Notes under the pieces: generated by a model | Databases searched by the model: none | What the model was told of the DNA's origin: nothing | What the model saw: the letters and a program-made list of their open reading frames with translations, nothing else | NCBI GenBank assembly: GCA_965261735.1 | Contig: OZ253470.1 | Location: forward strand, 2,048,001-2,112,000 | From: Alphaproteobacteria bacterium | GTDB taxonomy: Bacteria > Pseudomonadota > Alphaproteobacteria > SHVV01 | Direction of reading: 5' to 3' | DNA length: 64,000 nucleotides | Translations under genes and position numbers: made by a program | Shown: positions 10,049-18,627 of the stretch, one piece after another | Layout: each line of letters begins with the position of its first letter | Numbering within the stretch: the first letter of the stretch is position 1

Positions 10049-12133
10049 CTAGCCGACGGGGCGGACGATGAGTCCGTCGACGGCGACGACGCCGCGCTCC
10101 TTGACGATCAGCGGGTTGATCTCGGCCTCGGCGACGAGGCCGGCCGGCAGGTGGGCAAGTTGCGACAGTGCGGCGATCGCGCCGGCGAGCGCCTCGAGGT
10201 CGCCGCGCGTGCGGCCGCGGAAGCCTTTGAGCAGCGCCATGCCGCGCACCTCCTCGATCATCGACCGCGCCTCCGTGTTCGTGACGGGCGCGCAGCGCAC
10301 GGCGAAGTCGCGCCACAGCTCGGCCAGCGCACCGCCCATGCCGACCAGCACCAGCGGTCCGGCCGCGAGATCGACGCGGTAGCCGACGATCACCTCGGCG
10401 AGCCCGGGCTCGAAGCGCTGCACGAAAATGCCCGACGGCTTCACCTCGGGCCGGGCGCGCGCGACCTCCTCGAGGATGAGGCGGTGGGCGCGCGCGAGCG
10501 CGCTCGCATCGGCGATGTCCGTGACGACGCCGCCGACGTCGGCCTTGTGGGCGATGTCGGCCGCCGAGACCTTGGCCACGACCGGGTAGAAGTCGATCGC
10601 CGCCAGGTCCGGCGTCTCGGCGTCGAGCACGATTCCTTGGGCGTGGTCAATGCCGAGGGCCGCGAAAACCTCGAGGGCCGCGCGCTCGTCGAGGCTTCCC
10701 GCCTCGATCCGTCGCGCGACTTCGGTAAGATTGCCGCTCGCGGCCGGCCTCGATGGCCGCGGTGCGGACCAGCGGAACAGCGCCACAAAGGCCTCGGCGC
10801 AGGACTCCGGGGTGCGAAAGGCGGGCACGCCCGCATCCGCCAGCCGCGCCAGCGATTGCGGCGCGTCGGGCGCCAGGAACACGCCGAAGGGTTTCGCCGA
10901 TCGCGCATGCTCGATGAGCGGGGCAACCGTGGTGTCGGCGTGGAACTGGGCCGACGAGCCGACGACGGCGACGACCGCGTCGCAATCGGGCGAGGCGAGT
11001 AGCGCGCCGAGGACGCGGCTCACGAGGTCCGCCCGGGCGCCGGCCATGGTGAGGTCGGTGAGGGGTCCGCGGCCGATGTCGATGCCATCGGCCGCGAGGC
11101 CCTCGACCACCGCATCGGGCGGCGGGGCGATCGTGAGACCGCCGAGCGCCAGCCGGTCGACGACCATCGCCGCGCCGCCACCCGTCGTCGTCATCACCGC
11201 GACGCGGCGCGAAGGCGGCATCGGCGGCTGCCGGCCCATGGCCAGCGGGGCCATTTCGAGGAAGGCCTCGAGCAGGTCGACCCTGAGGATACCGGCATCG
11301 CGGAAGAAGGCGTCGATGGCCTCGTCCGAGCCGGCGAGCGCGCCGGTGTGGCTCGTCGCCAGCGTCCGCCCCGTATCGGAGCGCACCGGCACGAAGGCGA
11401 GGACCGGCTTGCGCGCCTCGGCCGCGCGCCGCGCCATCGCCGCCATCGCCTCGCCGTCGCGGATCGTTTCCAGGAACAACAGGATCGCGCGCGTGGCCGC
11501 ATCATCGACCAGCCAGGAGCCAATGTCGCCGACGCCGAGGTCGGCCTCGTTGCCGATCGAGACCAGCTTGGAGAATCCGAAGCCGCGCGCCTGGCCGCGC
11601 GAGATCAGCGTGCCCAGTAGGCTGCCGCTCTGCGAGATGACGCCGATAGGGCCGGGCTTGAGCGCGGGCGCATCGAGTGCGGCGTTGACGCTGAGCGCGA
11701 CGCGGTCGGTCACGTTGATCACGCCCATGCTGTTGGGGCCGAGCAGGCGCATGCCGTGCTCGCGCGCGACCGCCAGGAGCTCGGCCTGGCGCGCCCGACC
11801 CTCGGCCCCGGCCTCGGCGAAGTTGCCCGCGAGCACGGTGACGAACGGAATACCCGCGGCGCCGCAGGCCTGGACGGCCTCGACCGCACCCTCGGTCGGC
11901 AGCAGCACGTAGGCGTGGTCGATGCCCTCGGGCAGCTCGGCGATCGAGGGCACCGCCGGCACGCCCTGCACCTGCGCGCGGCCCGGGTTGACGGGCCACA
12001 CCTCGCCGCCATAGCCGTGCCGGAGCAGGTAGCGCTGCGGGCGCCCGCTCGTCTTGGCGGGATCGTCCGAGGCGCCGATCAGCGCGATGCGCCGCGGCCG
12101 CCAGAACTGGGCGACCCGGGCGTGCGGGGTCAT
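10049..12133 (-). CDS. acetate--CoA ligase (ADP-forming) family acyl-CoA synthetase
   Basis: IGASDDPAKTSG, LLGPNSMG, SQSG, SHTGALAG phospho-His motif, C-terminal ATP-grasp (EINPL); start at MTPH (12133), not the track's 12505. Confidence 0.85.
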   Translation of the reverse strand: MTPHARVAQFWRPRRIALIGASDDPAKTSGRPQRYLLRHGYGGEVWPVNPGRAQVQGVPAVPSIAELPEGIDHAYVLLPTEGAVEAVQACGAAGIPFVTVLAGNFAEAGAEGRARQAELLAVAREHGMRLLGPNSMGVINVTDRVALSVNAALDAPALKPGPIGVISQSGSLLGTLISRGQARGFGFSKLVSIGNEADLGVGDIGSWLVDDAATRAILLFLETIRDGEAMAAMARRAAEARKPVLAFVPVRSDTGRTLATSHTGALAGSDEAIDAFFRDAGILRVDLLEAFLEMAPLAMGRQPPMPPSRRVAVMTTTGGGAAMVVDRLALGGLTIAPPPDAVVEGLAADGIDIGRGPLTDLTMAGARADLVSRVLGALLASPDCDAVVAVVGSSAQFHADTTVAPLIEHARSAKPFGVFLAPDAPQSLARLADAGVPAFRTPESCAEAFVALFRWSAPRPSRPAASGNLTEVARRIEAGSLDERAALEVFAALGIDHAQGIVLDAETPDLAAIDFYPVVAKVSAADIAHKADVGGVVTDIADASALARAHRLILEEVARARPEVKPSGIFVQRFEPGLAEVIVGYRVDLAAGPLVLVGMGGALAELWRDFAVRCAPVTNTEARSMIEEVRGMALLKGFRGRTRGDLEALAGAIAALSQLAHLPAGLVAEAEINPLIVKERGVVAVDGLIVRPVG

Positions 12134-12144
12134 GTCGGGCGGCC

Positions 12145-13314
12145 TCAGTTCGCGGGGCGCGGCGGGCGCGGTGGGCGCTGCGAGAACCGGCGCTCGAAGA
12201 CGCTTTCGGCGATCCGGTTCTTCATCATCTCGACGGAGCCGCCGGCGATCATCCAGCCGCGCACCTTGCGGAAGCAGTATTCGACCAACGCCTCCTGCGA
12301 GTAGCCGGTGCCGCCCATGATCTGCACCGCCTCGTTGCACACCTCGAAGCCGGCCTCGTTGCAGAAGGCCTTGGCGATCGCCGTCTCCTCGGGCGCCGGC
12401 AGGCCGGCCTGGGCGTTGCAGGCGGCGCGGTAGAGCAGGAGCTGGCCGGCATCGAGCTTGATGCGCATGTCGGCGAACTTCCACTGCAAGCCCTGAAACT
12501 CGCACAGCGGGCGGCCGAACTGGTGGCGCGTCGCCGCGTGCTCGCGGGCGATGTCGAAGGCGCAGCGCGCGACCGCGAGAGCGCGCGCGGTATTGCCCAG
12601 GCGCTCGGCGTTGAAGCCCGCGATCTGCTTACGGAAGCCGCCCGGCCCGAGGAGCACGTCCTCGGCCGACACGTAGACGTCGTCGAAATAGAGCGCGCGC
12701 CAATCCTCGCCGTTCATGTAGCGCGAGGGTTGGCCGAAGCTCAGGCCCTCGGCATCGCGCGCGATCAGAACCGAGCCGATACCGTCGGTCCCGGGGCCGT
12801 AGCGCACGTAGGCGAGGAAGGTGGTGGCATCGCCGCTGTTGCTGGTGAACACCTTGCTGCCGTTGATGCGAAAGCCGGCACCCGTGGGCGTGGCCATGGT
12901 CTTCAGGTCGGTAACGGCGGAGCCCGAATCGGGCTCGGTCATGGCTACCGCGAACAGCGCCTCGCCGGCCAGGAGCTTTGGCAAATAGCGCTCCTTCTGC
13001 TCCGGCGTCGCATACTCGGCAAAGGTGCGGATGGCACCGAAGTTGCCGGCCTGGATCACGTCGGCGCTGCGCGGGCACACCTGTGCCACCTGCTCGATGG
13101 CGATGATGGCGTCCATCAGTGTGCCGCCCTGGCCGCCGTCGGCTTCGGGTACGGTGATGCCGAGCAGCCCCTGCTCCGAGAACAAGCGCGCGATGTGCCA
13201 CGGCCAGCCCGTCTCGTGGGCGCGCTTGAGCGCATCCTCCTTGAGATGGCGCTCTGCGATTCCCCTTACCGAGTTCTGGAAGGCTCGCGTTTCCTCATTG
13301 AGCTCAAAATCCAC
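12145..13314 (-). CDS. acyl-CoA dehydrogenase
   Basis: AMTEPDSGS, INGSKVFTS, RHQFGRPL, QIMGGTGY; GTG start (VDFEL). Confidence 0.9.
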   Translation of the reverse strand: MDFELNEETRAFQNSVRGIAERHLKEDALKRAHETGWPWHIARLFSEQGLLGITVPEADGGQGGTLMDAIIAIEQVAQVCPRSADVIQAGNFGAIRTFAEYATPEQKERYLPKLLAGEALFAVAMTEPDSGSAVTDLKTMATPTGAGFRINGSKVFTSNSGDATTFLAYVRYGPGTDGIGSVLIARDAEGLSFGQPSRYMNGEDWRALYFDDVYVSAEDVLLGPGGFRKQIAGFNAERLGNTARALAVARCAFDIAREHAATRHQFGRPLCEFQGLQWKFADMRIKLDAGQLLLYRAACNAQAGLPAPEETAIAKAFCNEAGFEVCNEAVQIMGGTGYSQEALVEYCFRKVRGWMIAGGSVEMMKNRIAESVFERRFSQRPPRPPRPAN

Positions 13315-13364
13315 GATTTGTCCCGCAGCCTCCCGTACGGCCCCCGGCCCCCGGCCGACGCGCC

Positions 13365-14165
13365 TTAGCGCCGGTAGTCGGCGCCGCTGCGCTCGAGCTT
13401 GCGCAGCAGGGCCTGCCACTCCCGATTCCCTTGCGTGCCCGCCGCGAAGCGCTTGTCCCACAGCGCGAATGTCTTGCGCTGGACCTCGCCCGATATCAGC
13501 ACCGGCTCCTGGCCGCCGGCCATCGCGGTGCACTGAATCTGGCACGCCGTTTCGAGATAATACATGCGCTTGAAGGCGGCAGGAACGGTGGCGCCCAGCG
13601 TGAGCAGGCCGTGGTTGCGCAGGATGACGACGTCGTGGTCGCGGCAGTCGCGACCGACCTGGTCGCGCTCCTCGAGCACGCCGGGTCCGTCGTAGTCGTG
13701 GTAGCCGAGCTGGCCTAGCACCATCAGCGACTGTTGGCTGATCGGCAGCAGGCCGTTCGGTTGCGTGGCGACCGCCGTGCCCGCCCCGGTATGCAGATGA
13801 ATCACGCAGGCGACGTCGGGGCGGGCGCGATAGGCGCCGCTATGGATGGCGAAGCCGGCCCAGTTGACGCCGTCCCGGCCCTCGTCGGCCTCGCTGTTGA
13901 TGTCGAGTTGCAGCAGGCTCGAGGCGGTGATCTCGTCGAACAGGTCGCCGTAGCGGTTGATCAGGAATGTGTCGGGGTCGTCGGGCGAGCGCACCGACAT
14001 GTGGGTGTAGATGAGGTCGGTCATGCGCAGGTGATCGAGAATGCGGTAGAGCGCGGCGAGCGTGCATCGCGCCTCCCACTCGGTGTCGCTGAAGCGCGTT
14101 CTCGGGAAGCGTTCGGTGGCCACCATCGTCCCGTCCGGATGTACTTGGTTGAAGCGGGCGCTCAC
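13365..14165 (-). CDS. class II aldolase/adducin family protein
   Basis: DLIYTH, EITASSL, GFAIHS, CVIHLHT, LRNHGLLT. Confidence 0.9.
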   Translation of the reverse strand: MSARFNQVHPDGTMVATERFPRTRFSDTEWEARCTLAALYRILDHLRMTDLIYTHMSVRSPDDPDTFLINRYGDLFDEITASSLLQLDINSEADEGRDGVNWAGFAIHSGAYRARPDVACVIHLHTGAGTAVATQPNGLLPISQQSLMVLGQLGYHDYDGPGVLEERDQVGRDCRDHDVVILRNHGLLTLGATVPAAFKRMYYLETACQIQCTAMAGGQEPVLISGEVQRKTFALWDKRFAAGTQGNREWQALLRKLERSGADYRR

Positions 14166-14309
14166 CGGCTCGCCGGTTCGCGGGCCCCGAGTTTAGCGGC
14201 CGCTGCGAGCGCGGGAAAGCCGTTCGCGGTCTTGTCTCGCCCCGGCGATTGCGACAAGCTCCAGCCTCATCGGCCGATGATGGCGGCCGATCTCCTGCGG
14301 AGGATCACC

Positions 14310-15074
14310 CTGACCCTGCGACTCTACGCCATGACGTGCGGCTGGCTGACCCTGCCGAGGTGGACCTTTCTCGTTGGGGCCGAGGGTACGCTGCACGTTC
14401 CGGTCCCGTCCTACCTGATCGATCATCCCAAGGGGAAGCTGCTGTTCGACAGCGGCCTCCACCTCGCCACCCAGACCGATTCGGTTGGCTACCTCGGTAC
14501 TACCCGCTCGAAGCGCCTGGCGATCGAGTTCAAGGCCGGCGACGAGCTCGCCGCGCGCCTCGAGACGATGGAGGTCGACGTCCGCGATATCCGTTATCTC
14601 GTCAACTCGCATCTCCACTTCGACCATGTCGGCGGTAACGCCCAGATTCCGAACGCGGCGCTGGTGATCCAACGGCTCGAGTGGCAGGCCGGGCGCGACC
14701 CCGACTTGATTGCCGCCATGGGCTACCAGCCGTCGGACTATGACCTCGGGCACGACGTGATCGAGGTTGTGGGCGAGCACGACGTGTTCGGCGATGGCAC
14801 CGTGGTGTGCCTGCCGACGCCCGGCCATACGCCCGGCCATCAGTCGTTGCGCGTCAGACTTGACGGCGGCGAGGTCGTATTGGCCGGCGATGCCTGCTAC
14901 CTGCGCGAATCACTTCGCGACCTGCATCTGCCGAGCTTTCTACACGACGAGGCGCGGTTGCTCGCCTCGCTGCGGCTCCTGCGCGAGTTCGCGGCGCGGG
15001 GGGCGCGTATCTTCTACGGCCACGATCCGCGGTTTTGGCAGGGTGTGCCGCAGGCGCCGGCGGCGGTCGTCTAG
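14310..15074 (+). CDS. N-acyl homoserine lactonase family (AiiA/AttM-like) MBL hydrolase
   Basis: SHLHFDH, TPGHTPGH, GDACY, YGHD; best RBS (GGAGGA) precedes CTG at 14310, with alternative ATGs at 14277/14280. Confidence 0.8.
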   Translation: MTLRLYAMTCGWLTLPRWTFLVGAEGTLHVPVPSYLIDHPKGKLLFDSGLHLATQTDSVGYLGTTRSKRLAIEFKAGDELAARLETMEVDVRDIRYLVNSHLHFDHVGGNAQIPNAALVIQRLEWQAGRDPDLIAAMGYQPSDYDLGHDVIEVVGEHDVFGDGTVVCLPTPGHTPGHQSLRVRLDGGEVVLAGDACYLRESLRDLHLPSFLHDEARLLASLRLLREFAARGARIFYGHDPRFWQGVPQAPAAVV

Positions 15075-15508
15075 GCTCCGGGCGCGGGCGCGGGAGCTGA
15101 GCGCTTCTTGCGGCCGCGGCCCGTTTCGGTGCCGAGGCCCATCGAGCGCGCCAGTTCCGAGCGGCGTTTCGCGTAGCTCGGGGCGACCATCGGGTAATCG
15201 GACGCCAGCTTCCAGCGTGCGCGGTACTGATCGAGGCTCAGCTGGTGCGCGGCCCACAGGTGGCGCTTCAGCGCCTTGAGGCGTTTGCCGCACTGCAGGC
15301 AAATGACGGCGTGCGGCGTGATCGAGCGCGCGAGCGCGACCGCCGGCCTGCCGTCCACGGCCGCGGTACCGCCAAGATCGAGTGAGGACAGGGTTTGATG
15401 GACTTCGCGCAGCAGGTGCGGCACACGGTCGGCTGCCAGTGTGTTCCGGCCGGCGTAGGAAACGACGATTTCCGCGGTCATATCGAGCAATTGTCGGTCG
15501 ATGCGCAT
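15071..15508 (-). CDS. mucR: MucR/Ros family nucleoid-associated regulator
   Basis: TAEIVVSY N-domain; CLQCGK..LKRHL..H zinc finger; YRARW, DYPMVAPSY..RSELA. Confidence 0.92.
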   Translation of the reverse strand: MRIDRQLLDMTAEIVVSYAGRNTLAADRVPHLLREVHQTLSSLDLGGTAAVDGRPAVALARSITPHAVICLQCGKRLKALKRHLWAAHQLSLDQYRARWKLASDYPMVAPSYAKRRSELARSMGLGTETGRGRKKRSAPAPAPGA

Positions 15509-15630
15509 GACGAAGCCATCGCTGTATCCGCGCGCGGAGTTCGCACGATGCCAGAGTAGGGGTGCAGATCCGGTTAAGCAGTAGCGTCCGTCACAGCCCG
15601 CGTCCGGGCCCTAGCGCGAGCCGCACGGCG

Positions 15631-15906
15631 TCAGCTGACGCGCGAAGCCAACAGGAAGAACAAGCCGACCAGGAACATGCCGCCGCCCAGGAATGTCGCC
15701 AATGCGGCGACATAGAATCCGATGTCGCTGGTCGGCAAGCGCGGCGGAGGTGGGTCTTGCCGGTCCGCGCGCTCGAGCTCGCGCAGCGCCCGATGAACCT
15801 CCTTAAGGAGCTGGGGCAGGCGGTCGGGATCGAACGTGTTGTTGGCCGCGTAGGACATGACGATTTCTGTGGTCCGCTCGAGAAGGCTTCTCTTGTGGTC
15901 GCTCAC
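15631..15906 (-). CDS. MucR N-terminal domain fused to a C-terminal TM helix (no zinc finger)
   Basis: RSLLERTTEIVMSYAANNTFDPDRLPQLLKEVHRALREL aligns 22/39 by hand with the neighbouring MucR, then PPPP and a hydrophobic tail; start GTG 15906 or 15948. Confidence 0.7.
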   Translation of the reverse strand: MSDHKRSLLERTTEIVMSYAANNTFDPDRLPQLLKEVHRALRELERADRQDPPPPRLPTSDIGFYVAALATFLGGGMFLVGLFFLLASRVS

Positions 15907-16068
15907 GACGCGGTCCGGAGGCGAGCGACGAGCCTCATCGGCCGCCACGGCCGCCGGCGAGCTGACTTCCGTACGATAGGAGGGTGGGGCCCGCGCGTTG
16001 GAGGCGCAGTAGCGTCGGTCACAGGTGAGATGACTCGCCGCGCCGACACGGGCGTCACTAGCTGCGGC

Positions 16069-17082
16069 TTAGGGGCAGCCTTGCGGGCTCCCGCCCGGTC
16101 CGGCCGCCGGCGCGATGTTGGAAAGCTCGCCAATGGCGGCCATCAGATGGAACTCCTGCGCCTCGCTGCGGATCGCCGCGATTTCGCTCTCCGAGAGGCT
16201 CCTCGTGAGAATGTCGAGGAAGTGCTCCGCATTCGCCGCGTCCTGTGACTTGGCGATCTCGAACCAGTAGTACGATTTACGGTAGTCGCGGGAGACACCT
16301 TCGCCAAGATGTACATGCGCCCGAGGAAGACCTGAGCCCTCGCGTGACCGTTCTTCGCTGCGATCTCGAAATGGCGCGCCGCCTGGTCGAGGCTCTTGCC
16401 GACGCCGTGTCCACGATAGTAGAGGCGCCCGAGATCGAACTCGGCATCGCTCAGTCCCGCCGCTGCGGCGCTCGCGAACAACTCGGCGGCGCGACCAAAA
16501 TCCTTCGGCACGCCGGCGCCGAAATAAAACAGATAGCCAAGGTCGCGCCTGGCGCGGCTATCTCCTTGGCGCGCCGCCTTGTCGAAGAGCGCCGCCGCTC
16601 GGGTCGGGTCGGCGGCGCTCCCCTTGCCGTCGCGGTACAGGACCGCGAGCTTGCGCTGAGCCTCGGTGTTGCCCCGGTCGGCGGCCTTGAGATACCACAT
16701 GAGTGCGCGCTCGTAGTCCTGCGCGATCCCGTTGCCCTTGGCGTAGTAGTCGCCGGCCCGCAGTTGTGCCGCCGGATGCCCCTGCTGTGCCGCCCGGATG
16801 AACCAGGCGAACGCCTCGGTCGCCGACTCCTGAACGCAATGTCCGCCCTCGTACAGGCGCCCGAGCCAGAATTGGGCGTCGGGCTCACCGGCCTCGGCCG
16901 CCGGTTTGAACTCGAGGTACGCCGCGCGATAGTCCCCCGCCTCGAAGGCAGCTTGGCCGGTCCCGATATCGGACGCGTCAGCCCCGGCTGCACCGAGCCA
17001 AGCGAGCGCAAGCGAGCGCAAGCGCGGAAACCAGCACGGCGGCGGCGTGGCGCAGGCTCCGGGCGCGCGGATTCGCGGACAA
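16069..17082 (-). pseudogene. Sel1-repeat (SLR) exported protein with two frameshifts
   Basis: repeated A..G...AQ..LG..Y..G.G units; a 10-bp tandem duplication at 17001-17020 disconnects the leader (TTG 17082); a 1-bp loss near 16305 disconnects GEGVSRDYRKSYYWF...*. Confidence 0.75.
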
Positions 17083-17371
17083 CCGACCCCCTATCGGCAG
17101 AGCCGATTGCTCGCACCCTGGACGCCGTGTTGACACGTATTCGCCCGCCCTCACCGGGTTGTTGCCTGCCCTACCAAAAGCAATTTCTAGGCAAATATCA
17201 CACCGTTTCCGATTGTTGTATTATTTCATATGGTTAATCGATCTCAGAGAAGGCCGCTATGAAAAAGTGTAAAGTTTGCCGACATTCTGGTTAGAGGCGC
17301 GTGCTGCCGTAAGGGACGGGTGGCCCTACGATTCCCGCGGTATTCTCGCGGCATCGCGGGCACAGGCCGGA

Positions 17372-17398
17372 GTGTAAAGAGCCTTTACACCTTTACAC
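17372..17398. promoter_or_regulatory. palindromic operator-like site GTGTAAAG-N3-CTTTACAC with a duplicated half-site
   Basis: perfect 8-bp inverted repeat plus a tandem CTTTACAC copy; another GTGTAAAG at 17267. Confidence 0.45.
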
Positions 17399-17437
17399 GC
17401 GGGCCCGGCTTACGCGACAACGATCCGGTGAGATTAC

Positions 17438-17675
17438 GTGGCCGCACCCACCTATTCCACCATCGATCGGCGCATCGACGGACGCATCGCGCGGGTCACG
17501 ATCGCCAACCCGGCCGAGCTCAACACCCTGCGACGCCGCTCACCCGCCGCCCTCGATAGGGTCGCGCATGAGTTCGGCGCCGATCCCGAGCTACGCGCCT
17601 AGGTTCTTGCCGGCGCCGCGAGCACGCCTTCATCGGCGGCGCCGACGTGCGCGAGATGGCGAAACTCTCGGCGCG
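17438..17675 (+). pseudogene. enoyl-CoA hydratase/isomerase N-terminal remnant
   Basis: DGRIARVTIANPAELNTL then, after disruptions, AFIGGADVREMA (crotonase oxyanion motif); no continuous ORF. Confidence 0.7.
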
Positions 17676-17848
17676 AACCGGAGTCCTATCGCGGCGACGA
17701 GCCCCATCGGCTGATGACCGCCGTCCCGGCCCGGCGGCGCCGAAAACGCACGCGTAGCGGTTGAATGACCGGTTCCAAACAGAGGCTTTCTTGGCTACAG
17801 TGTCGCGCATGAGCCCGGGCCAGCCGGGGCACGAGGGAGGGGACAATC

Positions 17849-18342
17849 ATGACGCAGGATATCAAGCAGGCGGTAACGTTCGACGCCAAGCCGGTCGTCA
17901 TCTTCGAGACGCTGATGGACACGAAGAAGCACGCCGCCTTCAGTGGCGCGCCGGCCAAGATCGACCGCAAGGTCGGCGGCAGCTTCACCTGCTACGGCGG
18001 CTACGGCGGCTACATCAACGGGGTCAACATCGAGGTCGTCAAGAACAAGTCCATCATACAGGCTTGGCGCGCCAAGAACTGGCCCAAGGGCGCATAGTCC
18101 GTGATCAACTACAAGCTGGCATCGGCCAAGGGTGGCAAGACCAAGCTCAGTTTCTCGCGCATGTCGGCGTACCCGACAAACAAGCGCCTCATATCGCCGA
18201 GGGGTGGAAGAAGTCGTACTGGGATCCGATCAAGGCGATGATCAAGGCGAGTGCGGCCAAGCCCAAGAAGAAGGCGCCCGCAAAGGCGCGCAAGAGCCCG
18301 GCCCGCAAAACCAAGGCAAAGGCGAGAGCCAGGGCCGCTTAG
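17849..18342 (+). pseudogene. SRPBCC/AHSA1-like protein with Lys/Ala-rich tail, disrupted
   Basis: VGGSFT..GYING..IIQAWRAKNWP; TAG at 18095; frame switch near 18155 to HVGVP..GWKKSYWDP; AKPKKKAPAKARK tail. Confidence 0.8.
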
Positions 18343-18463
18343 GTAGTGCGGCCAGCACGCCTCCCTCAGGCCCCCCGGCTCGGTGGGCCGGCGCCGGAAT
18401 AACCTGCTGGCACCGCGCTGGCTCGCGGCCGCCGGCGGCGTTGCCGCATCGGCGAGGCCCGCG

Positions 18464-18492
18464 AAAAAAAAGCCCGGCACTGCCGGGCTTTG
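18464..18492. terminator. intrinsic terminator (U8 on minus strand, probably bidirectional)
   Basis: AAAGCCCGGCA-C-TGCCGGGCTTT hairpin preceded by an A-run on + strand. Confidence 0.8.
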
Positions 18493-18545
18493 AGTTTAGG
18501 AAGGTATACCGAGAGAGGGTATGGAGGTGACCATACGCATGCCGG
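18464..18545 (-). ncRNA. suhB/alpha-r8 (MmgR)-like small RNA with anti-SD loops and intrinsic terminator
   Basis: minus strand reads GUAUGGUCACCUCCAUACCCUCUCUCGGUAUACCUUCCUAAACUCAAAGCCCGGCAGUGCCGGGCUUUUUUUU; 5' end approximate. Confidence 0.6.
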
Positions 18546-18627
18546 CCTCTGTCGGCTGTGACATTAATCACAGCCGATGCCAATTCTCTCCGGCGGTCGC
18601 GGCCGAGCGGTAACGCGCCCGAGAATC

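Noticed and set aside
10049-13545. Extended N-termini or fusions implied by the ORF track (818-aa ligase, 466-aa ACAD; likewise 58692..60152 and 61281..62522)
   Set aside because: The extensions are out-of-frame readings of the neighbouring genes; family homology starts at internal starts.
18090-18100. Programmed TAG readthrough (pyrrolysine) in the SRPBCC gene
   Set aside because: A second lesion follows within 60 nt, there are no pyl genes in the window, and TAG is used as a normal stop elsewhere.
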